Shown in pieces: positions 45,738-59,243 of a stretch of DNA of 64,000 bases (the stretch's first letter is position 1; each line of letters opens with the position of its first letter). Location of the stretch: positions 248,001-312,000 of the forward strand of contig MU004182.1 in NCBI GenBank assembly GCA_010093605.1, in the 5' to 3' direction. The notes below the pieces were generated by a model, which saw nothing but the letters and a program-made list of their open reading frames with translations, did not search any database and was not told the DNA's origin. The DNA comes from Lophium mytilinum. Lineage: Eukaryota. The position numbers were made by a program, and so were the translations under genes.

Positions 45738-48700
45738 ATGGCGCCCAAATTCAAAGACGGAGATGTCGTCGCAACGGTACGAGATCCAACCCTGCCCTCC
45801 GCGTCCAAAGACTTGCGCTTATTTCACCAACAGTTCTCCGGGAAGTGGATATCTTGGGCTCATACTGGCGCAGCATATGGTGAGTCTCCTTGAACCTCAA
45901 TACTTCGACGCGTGCTAATTGTTGCAGCTGCCTTCCTCGGGGCTCTAATTGTGGGAATGTAATGCGCTCTCTGCTCGCTCGCTACTATCGAAGCTCACGC
46001 CACACAGAGGCCTCCACTACAAGAAGATTGTGCAGAATGAATACTATGTTAGTTGAACAGGCCCATGGGGCAAGCTTCTGCTAATCTGTGCCAGGGCTAC
46101 CCCGATGAATGGTTCCCCTCGGTCTCAGCAACGATTGGAGACAGGTATCCGGAGCGATCCGTCTTCATGGTCTTCATTGCCATAACCTCTGGTACGCTTC
46201 GCTAGAATGTTATTAGGACTGCATACTGAGTTTTTCTAGGACCGCGCTTCGCATTGGTCGGCCTGTACTATATCCTAACGCGGAAACACAATTCCTCCTT
46301 GCCCAAGTTCATTGCTGGTGTGGGGGTATTCCGGACACTGACATGTGGCGGCTGGACATACGTGACATCCACGGACGATCACCACTGGCATGATATCTTC
46401 ATGGTTTCGTACCTGGTCGCGACAGTCCCTTGGACGTTGGGGTGCATAGCACTGAGCCCTCGTAATCCCACGGCAGTAAAGTACCGCAAGATATTCGGCG
46501 GAGGTTTCTTCGTGACATTGGTGCCTTTGACCTACTTCTTTCTCCAACACAAGGTTCACCGAGTGGCAGGAGGTAAGCGATCAGCTCCCCGATTATGTCC
46601 GCAAGCTGACTTGACTCCAGCCTACACAACATACGCCTTATTTGAGTGGTTAACGGTTCTTCTTGATGTCGGCTTTGATGCGGTTACTGTACTAGATTTT
46701 GCTAGCCTTGAGATTGTGATCAAAGACGTACGAGGACTAAGTCGCGGGTACGTTACCTGGCTACCCAAGTAGATAGTCACCCTGTCAGCTTCACAATGAA
46801 ATGATCAACGAGAACCATTCTGATTCCAATGCGTATCCAGTAATTACCCTACCGTAGCCGATTCTGTTTTAGAGAAACAGTACGTAAGAAAAACATCCTT
46901 CGCATTTAATCGTCTCTTACAAATGTATAGGAAAGATAAGGAAGTTGGTGCCGTCTTTTCTGGAGCGTTTTCGTGGTCAGCTGCCATCGATGCTGCTGCA
47001 GACGTCTACACTGGGGTCAGTCATCATACTTCGAGCTGTACTAATCCTTTTCTGACGCTATCCAGTTCGTCTTCTGGTCGATGCTCACTTCTCTTGCTCT
47101 GTTGATCTGGTGTAAGTCAGCTTCTTCGATGTGCAGATTACATGCTAATGATGCAGATTTCCCGCTGTGGTATATGGGCCTCTGTGGTTACGAGATCGCG
47201 ATTCTTGTCACTATCTCGCCATTCTTACTCGGAATCAAGCCTCTGCGTTTTCTCGCAGTTCGCCAAGTCCGCTTTTGCCATCTTCTTTCCCTTGTTGGCC
47301 TCCTTTCCTTTCTCACAAAAACTCCCGAGAGCCGCCTCTTCACCACTGCATTCGGTGTTGGCATGTCAACCTTGTCATGGACGGCCACATTCTATGGCGA
47401 GCGGTCTCAACCCCACCGCCTCGAGGCCCGCATTTCAGCCTTCGTCCTTGGCTTGCTGGCCTCCAGTATCGCCAAATTCGCCTTCTGGACAAACAATCCT
47501 ATTTGGCCAATCATGCACGGCCCTAACGGAGGCTGGAACAAAGTTGGACTTGCCCTTGCTGTCCTAGCCATCCTACGATCCACGCGTGCCACTGCAAGCT
47601 CTGGGGCCGATATGCCTGCGCCTGGCTCCTCCAAGGGGTCTCGGACTCTCGCTGCCCTGGGTCTAGCTGGCTTGTTCTTCGCCCTGCACACTCTCCTCTC
47701 GGACTCAAGCACTATGATTTCATGGGGTTGGGAAGGGTTCCCCGTGCGTGGTCCTCTCGCCGTCCCACATGGCGCCTACACTCTTATAGCTATGGGACTC
47801 GGCCTCATCATTGGACTGTTTTATCCTACATTCACTCGGAGCTGGACATTCTACGGTATAGGTTCCATTGGTGCTGCAGTTTTGACAACCTATAGCCACT
47901 GGACCGGATACTACGGTGCTCTGGTCATCACAGTCTACATCATGGCGTTATCTCCCGTCTTGATTTCGTCCGCTGCAAGATTCCCGCCTGGGTCAACGTT
48001 TGGGCTCGCCTTTCTGGTCTACAACCTCGCCCTTCTTGCCCATGTATGGACTGTCGCATATGCCTTTGTACCAGGTGGTCCATTGCTGCGCGAGCGCACC
48101 GATATCGTTATGACCGTCATGATGCTTTTGATCGGGTGCGGCGTCTTCGGGGCCAGCTCTCAAAAAGTCTCTCCCTCCAATGCGAAGTACCGTGCCAAGC
48201 TTGGCAGTATCAATCCTGCAGCGCGGAAACAACGATCATACTATCTCTATATTCTCCTTGGACTCGAGCTTCTAGCGACGTCAGTAGCGTACCTGCGATT
48301 CCCTACCTATGACTACACGCCTTATCATGCTGAAGATAAAGTCATCACGGCTGGCATATGGACCATTCATTTCTCCGTCGATAACGACATGTGGAGCTCC
48401 GAGCACCGCATGCGCGATGTAATCAAGGAGCTTGAACTGGATGTCTTCGGCCTCCTTGAAAGCGACACTCAGCGCATCCTCATGGGCAACCGCGACGTGA
48501 CACAGTTCCTAGCAGAAGACCTTGGAATGTACGTCGATTACGGACCAGGCCCTAACAAGCACACATGGGGAGCGGCACTGCTGTCCAAATTTCCTATCGT
48601 AAACAGCACACATCATCTCCTACCTTCCCCAGTCGGCGAGCTTGCACCTGCCATCCATGCGACGCTAGATTGTTATGGCACTTTGGTCGATGTCTTCGTT

Positions 48701-49205
48701 TTCCACTCCGGACAAGAAGAGGATCCGGAAGACCGTAGATTGCAATCTGAGTATCTATCTAAGCTTATGCGCGAGAGCCCCCGGCCGAGTATTCTGCTCA
48801 GTTATCTGGTTACTAAACCTAAAGAAGGAAACTACAACACATACGTTGGTGAAAAGAGCGGGATGCGCGATATCGACTCTTCTGATTGGGACCGCTGGTG
48901 CGAATACATCTTGTACAAGGGCATCAAGCGGATCGGGTACGCAAGGGTCAGCAGGAGCACGATTACTGACACTGAGATTCAGGTAAGTGGCCTCAAACTT
49001 TCAGTCCCGATTTTTGCTCTTCGAAAAGCTTGCAGCTAACACAAACTAGGCCGGCAAATTCCTCGTTGGCGCTCCCGAGGGAACTGATGATCAAATCCCT
49101 GAGGCCCATGTGCCTTATGGCCAAAGATGGCCGGCGTTGTTCAGAGGGCAGGGTGTCAGAGACCATCGGTATCATGTGTTCGAGGAGCCAAGATACTACG
49201 CGTAG
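45738..49205 (+). CDS. CWH43: Calcofluor-white hypersensitive protein Cwh43 (GPI lipid remodelling), many short exons
   Basis: [103 protein letters not shown] and DRWCEYILY. Confidence 0.95.
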
Positions 49206-49879
49206 GAGAGGTTTGGAGGAGCACGAAGAGGTCGTGATGAGAAAAGGGCTGTGCACGACTTGCTGCCATAGTCCATGCACATATAACTCGGTCTCAGGCG
49301 GATCTTTCGTGCTACATAGAAATAATGGCAGGAGAGCAGATACTTTACTAGTGCCTTGATAGAAACGAAGTGAAACACAAGTTCAGTTGTCCTTGATACG
49401 TGCCTGGTGGTGTAGTGCATTGATCTCACTTGTGAACCCTCCCGTACCAGAACCAAATCTAGAGGAACCGGTAAAATCATATGTCACGTGGTAACGTGGC
49501 CGTCGCGTTTCCTCCCGTGCCCCCTCGTGTCACAACTCTACGGATGCCCTCCTCCACACTCTCTCCAGCTTTGTCTATGCGATGCGCGACAACACCATAT
49601 CTTAGCCCAACCTTTTGGCTTGTTAGTCAGGACAATACTAGCTATGCGACATAGTGAGAACAGCCTCGTATCTACTCAACGTGCATAATCCCAATTCTAG
49701 CTCCCCTCCCATCTCACTAAAAATTCCGCGAGTCTAGATTCCTTTAGCCACTCTCAGGCGCCTATCGCAGCAACATCCAACTATCCACGCGCCTACTCAC
49801 TAGGAGTTCCACCGCCTGTCAATATCTTCCAGCGCATCGCCTTGCAACACGCTTGACGTGTCGTCAGTCCCGCCCCGCC

Positions 49880-52374
49880 ATGTTCAAACGAGCGCTCGCT
49901 GCTCACGAGAAGGAGAAAGCAGCAGGCTTACTCGCTGAGGACAGCGTAGGCGAAGCGCCTGAAAGAAAGAAGGCAAAAAACCAGTCTGTCGTGCAACCGG
50001 TGGACTTAGACAGATCAACGAACGGGGCGCACAAGAGAACTGCGGAGGATATGAGAGGAGAACGATGGCGCATGCCCAACCATACAGCTCCTGCGGCGCC
50101 CGACTTTGTGCTTCCAGAAATCGCATATGGGACCAATCTCGATGATGTGCTGAGTTCCAGTGCTCCAAAGCCCCTACAACAACCCGTCAACGCCATTGCG
50201 CATAACCCGCACTTTGGAACTACTTATGGATCACACAGGCATGAAATGCTTACCGAAGGACCAGTGGTGGACGGAGACTGGAGTAACCCTCGTCATCCGA
50301 ATAGAGAACCAGAAAAGGCACATGAGGCCCAACGCAAAAGGAAGAGGGGTCAAAATGAGCATCCGCCCGTCATCCTAGAATTAAGCTCGGATCCTCCTAC
50401 CCCGGAAGCAACGTCTCCGAAATATACAACTTTCCAGGCTGGACCTCCGGATAGTCCCCCAGGCGTGGTCAATCTGGTAAGCTCTGACGATGAGGAGCCG
50501 TCCCCGGATCTTTTACGAAACCCTGCAGGACACGTCCAAGCCCGGACGTGGAGGAACTATACAACAACCAGTTATGGCTCAGACGCCAAATTTTCTCAGT
50601 CGGACAGTTCTCTCCATGTTGCTCCACATGCTGAGCCCTCGGATTCCGCAGGTAGTGTATTTGTTACAGAGCAGCGATCAGACCCACAGCAGAACGTCCA
50701 AGCCGCGGACATTGTGGCGATCACAGAGCCAGAGCTCTGCAAAGAACAAGCAGATCTCGTGGACCTAATTGTCAGTGGAAGGAATGTTTTCTATACTGGA
50801 TCTGCAGGATGTGGGAAGTCCACGGTCCTCAAAGCATTTGTTAAACGCCTCCGAGCAAGAGGACTACAAGTGGACATCGTAGCACCAACAGGTCGTGCAG
50901 CATTGGATATCAACGGCTCAACCACTTGGACCTACGCAGGATGGACTCCTAACCACCACGGACGGCCTTTGAAAACTCTGAAAATGGCCGCCCATGGCAA
51001 GTTTGTGCAAAAGAGACTGAGAGCGACTGATGTTTTGGTCATCGACGAGATATCCATGGTTGAAAACCTCCACTTTGAACGACTCAATGAGATCATGAAG
51101 GAAGGCAGAGACAGTGACCTGGCATTCGGTGGCGTCCAAGTTGTCGTCACGGGAGACTTCTGTCAGCTGCCGCCGGTGAAGCCATTTGGACATTGCATCA
51201 AATGCGGAAAGGTATTGCGGGCAAATTTGGCTCGAAACGAGTTTACGTGCCCTGAGGACGGTGCAGTATACTTCTTGAAGGATCAATTTGCATTCAGAAG
51301 CACAGCGTGGAAAGAATCGAACTTTGTCCACGTGAACCTCACGAACATACATCGACAGAGCGATGCCGTTTTCATCAACATACTGCAAAAGTGTAGGATG
51401 GGCAAGGTCTTAACTCAGGCGGACCAAGATCTCCTCCTCAATCATCATTCTGAGACTAGGGGGGCGGTACGACTTTTCGCAACCCGAGAAGAAGTAAGGC
51501 GGACCAATCTAGAAGCATTCAACCGACTTCCTAGTCGCGCCCGCTTGTTCACGTCTATCGACACCTTCAAATGGAACAAAGAGCATCGCAATCTAGAGTT
51601 CAAGACGAAGCAAAATGAGGATGGCTCGTTGCAAGCACTGCATGATCATCGCTTCGACAGCACACTACGTCTGAAGCAAGGAATGAATGTCGTTCTTCTT
51701 GTGAACCTTGACATTGGTGCTGGACTAGTCAATGGTAGTCAAGGCGTAATACAAGGTTTTGAGGCGTACGATCCGCAACAACTGCCGAAGACTATCGAAA
51801 ATGCAAGCAAAGTACCGGCAGTATCGAAGGAAGGGGTACCCATGCCCCCAGTACCAACACTTTCAGGCGATCACGCAGCCTTCAGAGAGGGTCAAATCAA
51901 AGACTTCATCACCAAAGCTGGGAACAAAGAGTGGCCCATCGTCCAATTCAACAACGGAGTGAGGCGGACAATCTACGCTGATTGTACGGTGAACGAGCTC
52001 GGCGACGAACAACCACATTCCTTACTTTGCCGAACGCAGATCCCACTCACAGCTGCTTGGGCCCTCTCCATTCATAAGTCTCAAGTTCGTTCCATGATAT
52101 TTCTTAATCAGCACACTATCTAACCAGAAACTTAGGGAATGACGCTGAATCGCGTGATAGTCGACTTGAGTAAGAGTTTTGAAGAGGGTCAAATGTATGT
52201 TGTAATCCTCGAATTCAGATTTCTACGTACTAATTGCTTTACTCTATCAGGTACGTTGCTCTCTCTAGAGCTAGAAGTCTCGACGGACTGAAAGTGGAAG
52301 GGCTAGGCCGAGGAATGAAAGGCGGAGACGAGCAGGTTCGGGAATTTTTGCGCGAAAAGTTTGGAATCACTTAA
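49880..52374 (+). CDS. PIF1-family 5'-3' DNA helicase
   Basis: NVFYTGSAGCGKST, IVAPTGRAA, LVIDEISMV, FGGVQVVVTGDFCQLPPV, HRQSD, LVNGSQG and QIPLTAAWALSIHKSQ|GMTL..VIVDL..SFEEGQ|YVALSRA. Two 3' introns. Confidence 0.9.
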
Positions 52375-52717
52375 GGAAGCTAGCTACCTGCTGTGCATGA
52401 TTGACTATACTGAGCCTTTTTGTTGAGGTCTCAGTATCTTGGTATAGCTTTTGCCTAGTTCATACTTCTTTTCGGCGTCAGGCTTCTAGATATATTGATA
52501 CCCCTGTTAGTATGCTCATCTATTCGGTCCAAAGTCGTGATTCATCCAACAATCACGTAAAGACTGCGAGCGGAGCACAATGAAAAAAGTTCGGAGTATC
52601 ACATCGTGCTCCAACTTTTCTCCGTCCTTTTTCAACCTCAGTTGGCACTGGTGAGGCTGTTGACTACTAGTTGCTCCATAGGCAGTGAGAACAACACGTG
52701 CGAGCAATACGCCTGGG

Positions 52718-53899
52718 CTATTCGTTCACCCTCACGACGACCTTCCCAAAATGCCCTCCACTGAAAAGATATTTCAACGCCACCTTACTCTCCTCAAAGG
52801 AGAAGACTTTATCGACGGCTGGCCGAATGCCATGTTCCTCATAGAACCCCAACATCTCATCAAATCGATCTTTGGGTCCATTCAGAATCCCTTTCAACGT
52901 AACGTTCCGCCGCAACGCAAGCACGTTCGCGTTCAACCGATCTCCGGGATCGTCTTCTTTGCCAGAAAGGTACCCGACGCAGTCAATCAGACCGCCAAAA
53001 GCGACGCAATCGAAGCTTTTTCGGAGAGTGCGTGCACCTCCGAGCTCGAAGATGATGTCAGCGCCGTAGTTAGAGGTGATTTTGAGGACTTCTAGCTCCC
53101 AGTCGGGGTTTGTGGTGTAGTTGATGGTGTGTGTGGCACCTAGGGCTTTGGCTTGGGCGAGTTTGGCGTCAGAAGAAGATGTGATTATTGCTGGAAAAGT
53201 CAACTTGTCATCTTTAGAGTACAATGAGAGAGCCGTCAAGTCTTACTTGTTGCGCCAGCAGCATTGGCTATCTGTAAACCCGCTATACTCACACCGCCTG
53301 TGCCCTGCAAAAGGACTACCTCCCCGTTCCCGCCTGCCTGGCCCATCGGTCTCATGCCGTTGAGAGACATCCAAGCAGTCACACTAGCGATTGGTAGGGT
53401 GCAGACTTCCTCATCTGTTAGATACTCGGGCACTTTCAAAAGTCCATAAGTCGGGAAAACCCTATGAGTGGTCAAAACGCCTGGATTTGGGCCACCTAGA
53501 CCAGAATCTAGCATTTCCGCATTGATTTGGCCCGTAAGATGCTTTGGGGCAAAGGTCGAAACAACTCGGTCGCCCACCTTCAGAGGGCCGGGTGAAGTTG
53601 ATGGACCGACTGCCAGGATGACGCCGCACATGTCGGAGCAGGGCACAAGAGCAGGCGGGGAATTTACTGATTTGTGGTGAGTATAGAGGCCCATTACGAC
53701 TGCCTGTTCTTAGCTACACTGTCATTTCTGCGAGAAGATGTTCATGGGGGCTCAAACCTTCTGTGTCTCGATAGTTCAACGACACAGTCCGTACTTCCAC
53801 CAGGACTTCATCTTCAGCTGGAACTGGCATCTCCCCTTCTGTTATCATCAGGTAGTCAAGTCCATCCTGCTTCGTCATCCATTGCTTGATCTTGACCAT
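52718..53899 (-). CDS. Medium-chain dehydrogenase/reductase (MDR7-like, zinc-independent)
   Basis: VSLNYRD, VPCSDMCG, TLPIASVTAWMSL, VLLQGTGGVSIAGLQIA, IITSSSDAKL and HFGKVVV. Two introns. Confidence 0.9.
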
Positions 53900-54320
53900 G
53901 ATGAGGATGTATGCAATGTATCATCTAAGCTACAGTTTAGACAGCGGATATTTGCCTTTTCATAGATGATTCGTTCCTTATCAACATTCATCGGATCGGG
54001 AGTACAGCTTCCGAAAGCGTTACGTGGGTCTATTACAGTGTTTGGTTTCCATCCCGACCTGGAGCTCGCACGATGGCACCCTTGATTATAAGCGACGTGA
54101 TACAGGTACGGGCGAAGAAGAGGGAGGCGTGGAAAGAAGCACTGAAATCAATAGCATGATGGAGATGGAGTTTACGCTAGGACACAAGAAGCCTAGTGCG
54201 TCGCGTCCTCCAGGCGTCATTATCTCCATGGTGCTGGTCAGCTTCGAAGCTTCTACCTACATACTTTCTTCATGCCTTCGCAGGAAAACGGCCGCAGTAA
54301 TCTGAAAGCGCCTAGTAGAA

Positions 54321-56018
54321 ATGGTGTATTGTGGGAGGCCGAGCAAAGGGTGCCAACCTTGTCGTTCCCGGAAGACAAAGGTGGGCTCATCTTTCCCTTT
54401 AAGATTCTACTTCAGCTTTGCTAATCAGACTTCAGTGTGACGGAATTGTTCCATCCTGTTCCCAATGCTTGAAAGCCTCCCGCGAATGCTTTGGCTATCG
54501 CGATGAGCAGTCTATGATATTTAGAGATGAGACACGGAAGGTCATGCAGAAAGCCCGAGGCCGCAATTTCGAACTATCAGGGAAACATAGCAAGCCTACT
54601 TCCCCAGAAAGCCATATTGCGACCCAGGAGCCTTCACATTCTACTCCAGAGACTAGTTTGATGACTTTAGCTTTTCTTACCCCCTCCCATTTCGTAGAAG
54701 ATGATGCGGCATCTTTTTTCTTCTACCATTATGTACTAAAAGAGCCCGCATTCGCGAATGGGCTCTACGACTTTCTTCCCACGCTATACTCTCAAGGTTC
54801 ATCGGCTGTGTTTCAAGACATCGTGACTGCAACTGGCCTAGCAGGTCTCGCGAACCTGAAAAGATCATCTACGCTCATGCATGCCGCGAGGGCCAAGCAT
54901 AGCACAGCACTTCGCAGCGTCAATGCTTCCCTTCAAAATCCAGAGACGGCAACCTCTGACTCGACATTGATGGCGGTTCTCTTGCTCGGGCTTTTCGAAG
55001 TAGGTCCACCTCCCTCCTCTTAAATTCGGTAATTAAACATCACGAGCAGAACATTACTTGCTCGTCTCCAAGTTCTATTCAAGCATGGGCTAAACACGTG
55101 AGTGGAGCCCTTGCGATCGCTCGTCTGCGTGGACGGCAACAACTTGAAAATGACCTTGGCCGTCGGTTGTTCCTCCATCTACGAAACCAAGTGGTATGGC
55201 TCTTTTCCTTACAGTAATTTTAAGAGGTCCCTAATCATACGTAGTTGATCGACTGTATTCAGAGGCAGGAGGCCGTACCAGACATCATTAACGAATGGAA
55301 CGCAAGCTCAATACGTTCTGGGCACTTTGAAGAAGCGGATGGGGCTGGGTTCGTGGAACCTCGCCTTTTCCAGATCATGGCTCAGCTTGCCGCTCTCCGT
55401 TATAAAGTCAAAGTCAAAGGACACTCACATGAAACTACTGCAGAAGCAGTATCCATTGATAATGACCTTATTACATGGGCAGCGACAGTTCCTCCAGACT
55501 ATGCATACACTACGGTTTCTCATAACAGCTCCGACTTCCCATTCCCGTCTTACCACGAATATAAGTTCATATGGAGTGCCACATGCTGGAATATCTATCG
55601 CACTGCCCGGATTTTTGTCGCTGCGAAGATAATCCACTGGTACTCATCGTCAAACTCGACTACCGCGTCACAACAAATACTGTCCGGATATCTCCAAAAT
55701 GAAGCGGTGCTTGCAGACGAAATTTGTGCCAGTGTACCTTACTACTTTGGCGGCAACCCAGACTCCGTTTATTCTCTGCCAACCCCTCCTAAAGCAGCAT
55801 CCGGTTTTGCTTTACTCTGGCCTCTGTACGCAGCTGCTACGACATTTCACAAAAGTAAATTTCGAACTGGTTGGATTGTAAAGCAGTACGACGTTATTGG
55901 AGACGTGCTAGGTATACGAATAGCTTCTGTGTTTGCGAGTACCCTCAGGAAGAACCAACATATCAGCGTCTGGGATCGTGACCCGTCCGATCGCATTGAA
56001 GATGAAGAGGCTTGGTGA
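54321..56018 (+). CDS. Zn(II)2Cys6 transcription factor
   Basis: MVYCGRPSKGCQPCRSRKTK|CDGIVPSCSQCLKASRECFGYRD, followed by a fungal TF middle region (SDSTLMAVLLLGLFE|..WAKHVSGA..LRG; ICASVPY; LLWPL). Three introns. Confidence 0.9.
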
Positions 56019-56222
56019 ATAGAAAGCTAGTCGGCGATAAGCGTGCTATCAACGTCTCGGTCCGCATGCTCTGATATATGCACTAGCAAACAAGGATGGT
56101 GGGTCTGATTTTTCCCCCGCTATCGGCCTCGCTACGGATTTCGATCTCTCAACTTCGTGCCCCGGCGATAGCTGAGCTATCATATTGCTGGTTATTTCCT
56201 GTACCTTCAATTCAACCAATCA

Positions 56223-56302
56223 GACTGAGTGGTTTAGTGGTAAAATTAGCCGTTGCCAAAAGCACAATCGGCTAGCCCCGGGTTCGATTCCCGGCTCAGT
56301 CA
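56223..56302 (+). tRNA. tRNA with GCC (Gly) anticodon and a 9-nt intron (56259-56267)
   Basis: Cloverleaf: acceptor GACTGAG/CTCAGTC + A73; D arm GTTT..AAAT; anticodon stem AGCCG/CGGCT with loop TT-GCC-A^T; T arm CCGGG-TTCGATT-CCCGG. A TTTT terminator lies at 56309. Confidence 0.9.
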
Positions 56303-57225
56303 ATATACTTTTGCGTCTCATGGCTTCGAGAGTCTGTACTTTTTTGCCTCGTCGGTGTATATTCAGTATCGTGTTCTTGTGGACTACGACATCCTCGATC
56401 AAATCCACTTGACTCCAAGCCTGTTCAGTATCTCACTTAAATTGTTTAGAGATCGATACGGCGGAGAGCTATCGACTTTTGGGCGGTCAAACCACCATAC
56501 TGAAGGCAGGGAAGACGTAGGAGGCTTGTTTGGGTCTTAACGTGCTACCTAACTACAGAGGTTGTCAGTCTCTACACTTTGTCCAGCTTGAATATGAACT
56601 GATTCGGCTTAGTCTAATCCAGTCCGCATCTCTCGGTTCACCCTTTCTGCGGGTTCTGAGCTCCCTCAATGGTAACGTGATGTTGTCTTGACTAACTCTC
56701 CTACGATTTTGTCAAACCAGTGCTGCGTAAAGCACCGGGGTGGGGCACCCGGGGTCAAAGCTAGGACAGAGCATATGCACATGGGCCTTTCGAGGTAGCG
56801 TGAAGACTGCTGCCCTATCCTATCAAAGACACGAGAGAGCCATATTACCACCCGCAGTGTCAATTTAGAGGACCCTGCTTGGTATGTTGAAAGCCTGCAA
56901 GGTGCCGAACCTGGCGGGGAGGGTTGTGACGGATGATGGACGCTTTCATTTAAGACTTCGATGAGCGGCACAGCTAGCGCATTTGACATGCATATCGACC
57001 ACCCGCTGGCATTTCCATGTCTTCATCATCAACATGTCAACATCGCAGTGATGGCTTTGTTGCTGGTTGTATCCAGTCTTGAGCAAACAAATTTCATGTT
57101 GTTGCAGAATAATTATCATTTTTAACAACATATTGTTCAATTCAGGTTTTATCTTCTCCACCACCTCTCTTCCTCACGTGTAATTTCCGCAGCATCCTCT
57201 ATTCAATTCAACGCAACCTACTGAC

Positions 57226-58772
57226 ATGACTTTGTTCGACGAGCTTGCCGAGAAGATTGGGGATGATCAGTGGGAAGGGTGGAAAGAACGGGTCCTCGAT
57301 GCAAAAGAAGAGATTGCGGCATTTGTTGCCAGTCGCTGCCCAGGACGTGGAGCCGAAGTCCTCGATTGGTTCCAGGGGTCGTTCAACTTCTGCCTCCAGA
57401 TTATGTACAACGACGGAACCCCAGATACCGTAATTCGGTTCCCAGGCCTAGGACACACGACGTTCAGGGACGAGAAGACCGTGAACGAGGTCCAGGTCAT
57501 TCAATTTCTCCAAGAGAACACCACCATCCCAATTCCGCGTTTGATCAGCTGGGGGCTGACCGAAGACATCCCCCAGCATTTTGGACCTTTGATCATCTCA
57601 GAGTTCGTGGAAGGAGTTCATCTCTCTGATGTCCTCAAGGATTCTGCTGATAAGAAGCAACTCTACTTGAATCCTCAGATTGACGGAAAAATACTAGATA
57701 ATGTGTTCTCTCAAATCGCTCATATCACGCTTCAACTCTATAAATTCAATTTCGACCACATCGGAGCCATTTCAAAGTCTCCTTCCACGGGCTCTTGGTC
57801 TGTCACAAGGAGACCCCTGACCTACAGCATGAATGAGCTGGCAACTACAGCATTCTATCCTGTGGACAAGTTCCCCACGGCACCGTTTGCATCTGCAGGC
57901 GAATACTTCGATCTCTCACGTTTGAGCAGAAAACGCATCTCTGGACCCAGCGTAACCTCTGTGGCAGTCCGATGGAGGCTCACGATCGATACATCTCCCG
58001 CCATTTGTTTGCGCAGTTAGTAGACAGGCATTGTATTGACGACCGCGGTCCTTTCAAACTCCGCTGTGACGACTTCCGACCTCAAAACATTCTTGTGGAC
58101 CCAACGACTCTCTGTATCAAAGCCGTTCTGGATCTCGAATTCACGAACGCCATGCCTAGCCAGTACGCTTCCGAACCGCCCTGGTGGTTCCTACTGGCGG
58201 GGCCTGACTCCTGTCCTCGTCGAGATCGGACCATCGAACAATTCGTGGAGGCTTACGAGCCTCGCTTGGAGCAATTTTTGCAAGCAATGGAACGAGCTGA
58301 GTTAGGAGGAGAGAGCTCAGATGGTGAAATGCCTCTTTCTTGTCTTATGCGTGAATCGTGGGCTACGAAACGTTTCTGGTTCAGTTATGCGGCTCGGAAA
58401 CCGTTCGATGTCGAAGTTCTCTTTGATAGTTGCTTGAAGGAGGGCAGTGCCGGTGTTGAGTCGCTAGATGCAGAAGCATGTGCGGGCTTGGAGCCCTTCG
58501 TTGAGATGAAGATGAAGCAGTTAAAGGCATATGATAATGAATGCGCGAACTCTCTCCAGTACGCTTGTCATCCTATCCATTCTTTGAATTCGAGTCTTAG
58601 GAAGAGCTACCTCTTACCACTTGACCTATTGATTAATGTGACCTCCAACGCTATCATTAGATTGGTGAAAGCGCTTATGGACAGATGCTTACGCCAACAC
58701 ATTACTCGGATCAAGATGCATGTCAAGCTGTATACCCTACATCATAGGTATGGTGCAGTGGCTGTAGGGTGA
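57226..58772 (+). pseudogene. Aminoglycoside-phosphotransferase/choline-kinase-like (APH) gene with a 1-nt frameshift near 57910
   Basis: GSFNFC, VIRFP, EKTVNEVQVIQFL...TIPIPR, RPLTYSMNEL, then in another frame HLWTQRN, CDDFRPQNILVD and VLDLEFTNAMP. Adding one base at ~57910 fuses the two track ORFs. Confidence 0.75.
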
Positions 58773-59243
58773 TATGCAGAGCTCTAAACAAAGATGCAGC
58801 CGCAGAATTAAGGGAGCACATACTCAGACCTTGCTGTCAAGCTCTCCGAACTACTACTCTAATCTAAGTGGGAACACCTCAATGCGACAGAGTGCTCCAT
58901 TCGGACGAAGACAGGACCGTTGAAACCGTGCCTAATAGAACGAGCCTGTAGCTCAGCGAGGAATTCTGCGAAGTTCTTGAGTCAAGGGCAAAGGCTTCAT
59001 ATTCCAGACGGCTCTTGGACAACCATAAAGATATATACAATCTACCCAATGCATGACTCGACTAAAGCCTCTGCGTAACAAAAACGGACATCCAAAACCG
59101 GACTATTGAACCCAACACATAACTCCGCCTATATGATTTGAGAGAAGCATGTTCTATACCGTGTGTGACTGTTGCCTACTCCCATGATTCGACCAGTGAA
59201 TCCTCTATAACCTTCGCTACGTTAGGGTGAATCGCGACTCGGA

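Noticed and set aside
49880..52374. Helitron transposon
   Set aside because: No HUH Rep domain or Helitron termini seen. The gene has ordinary introns, sits among housekeeping genes and shows no RIP damage.
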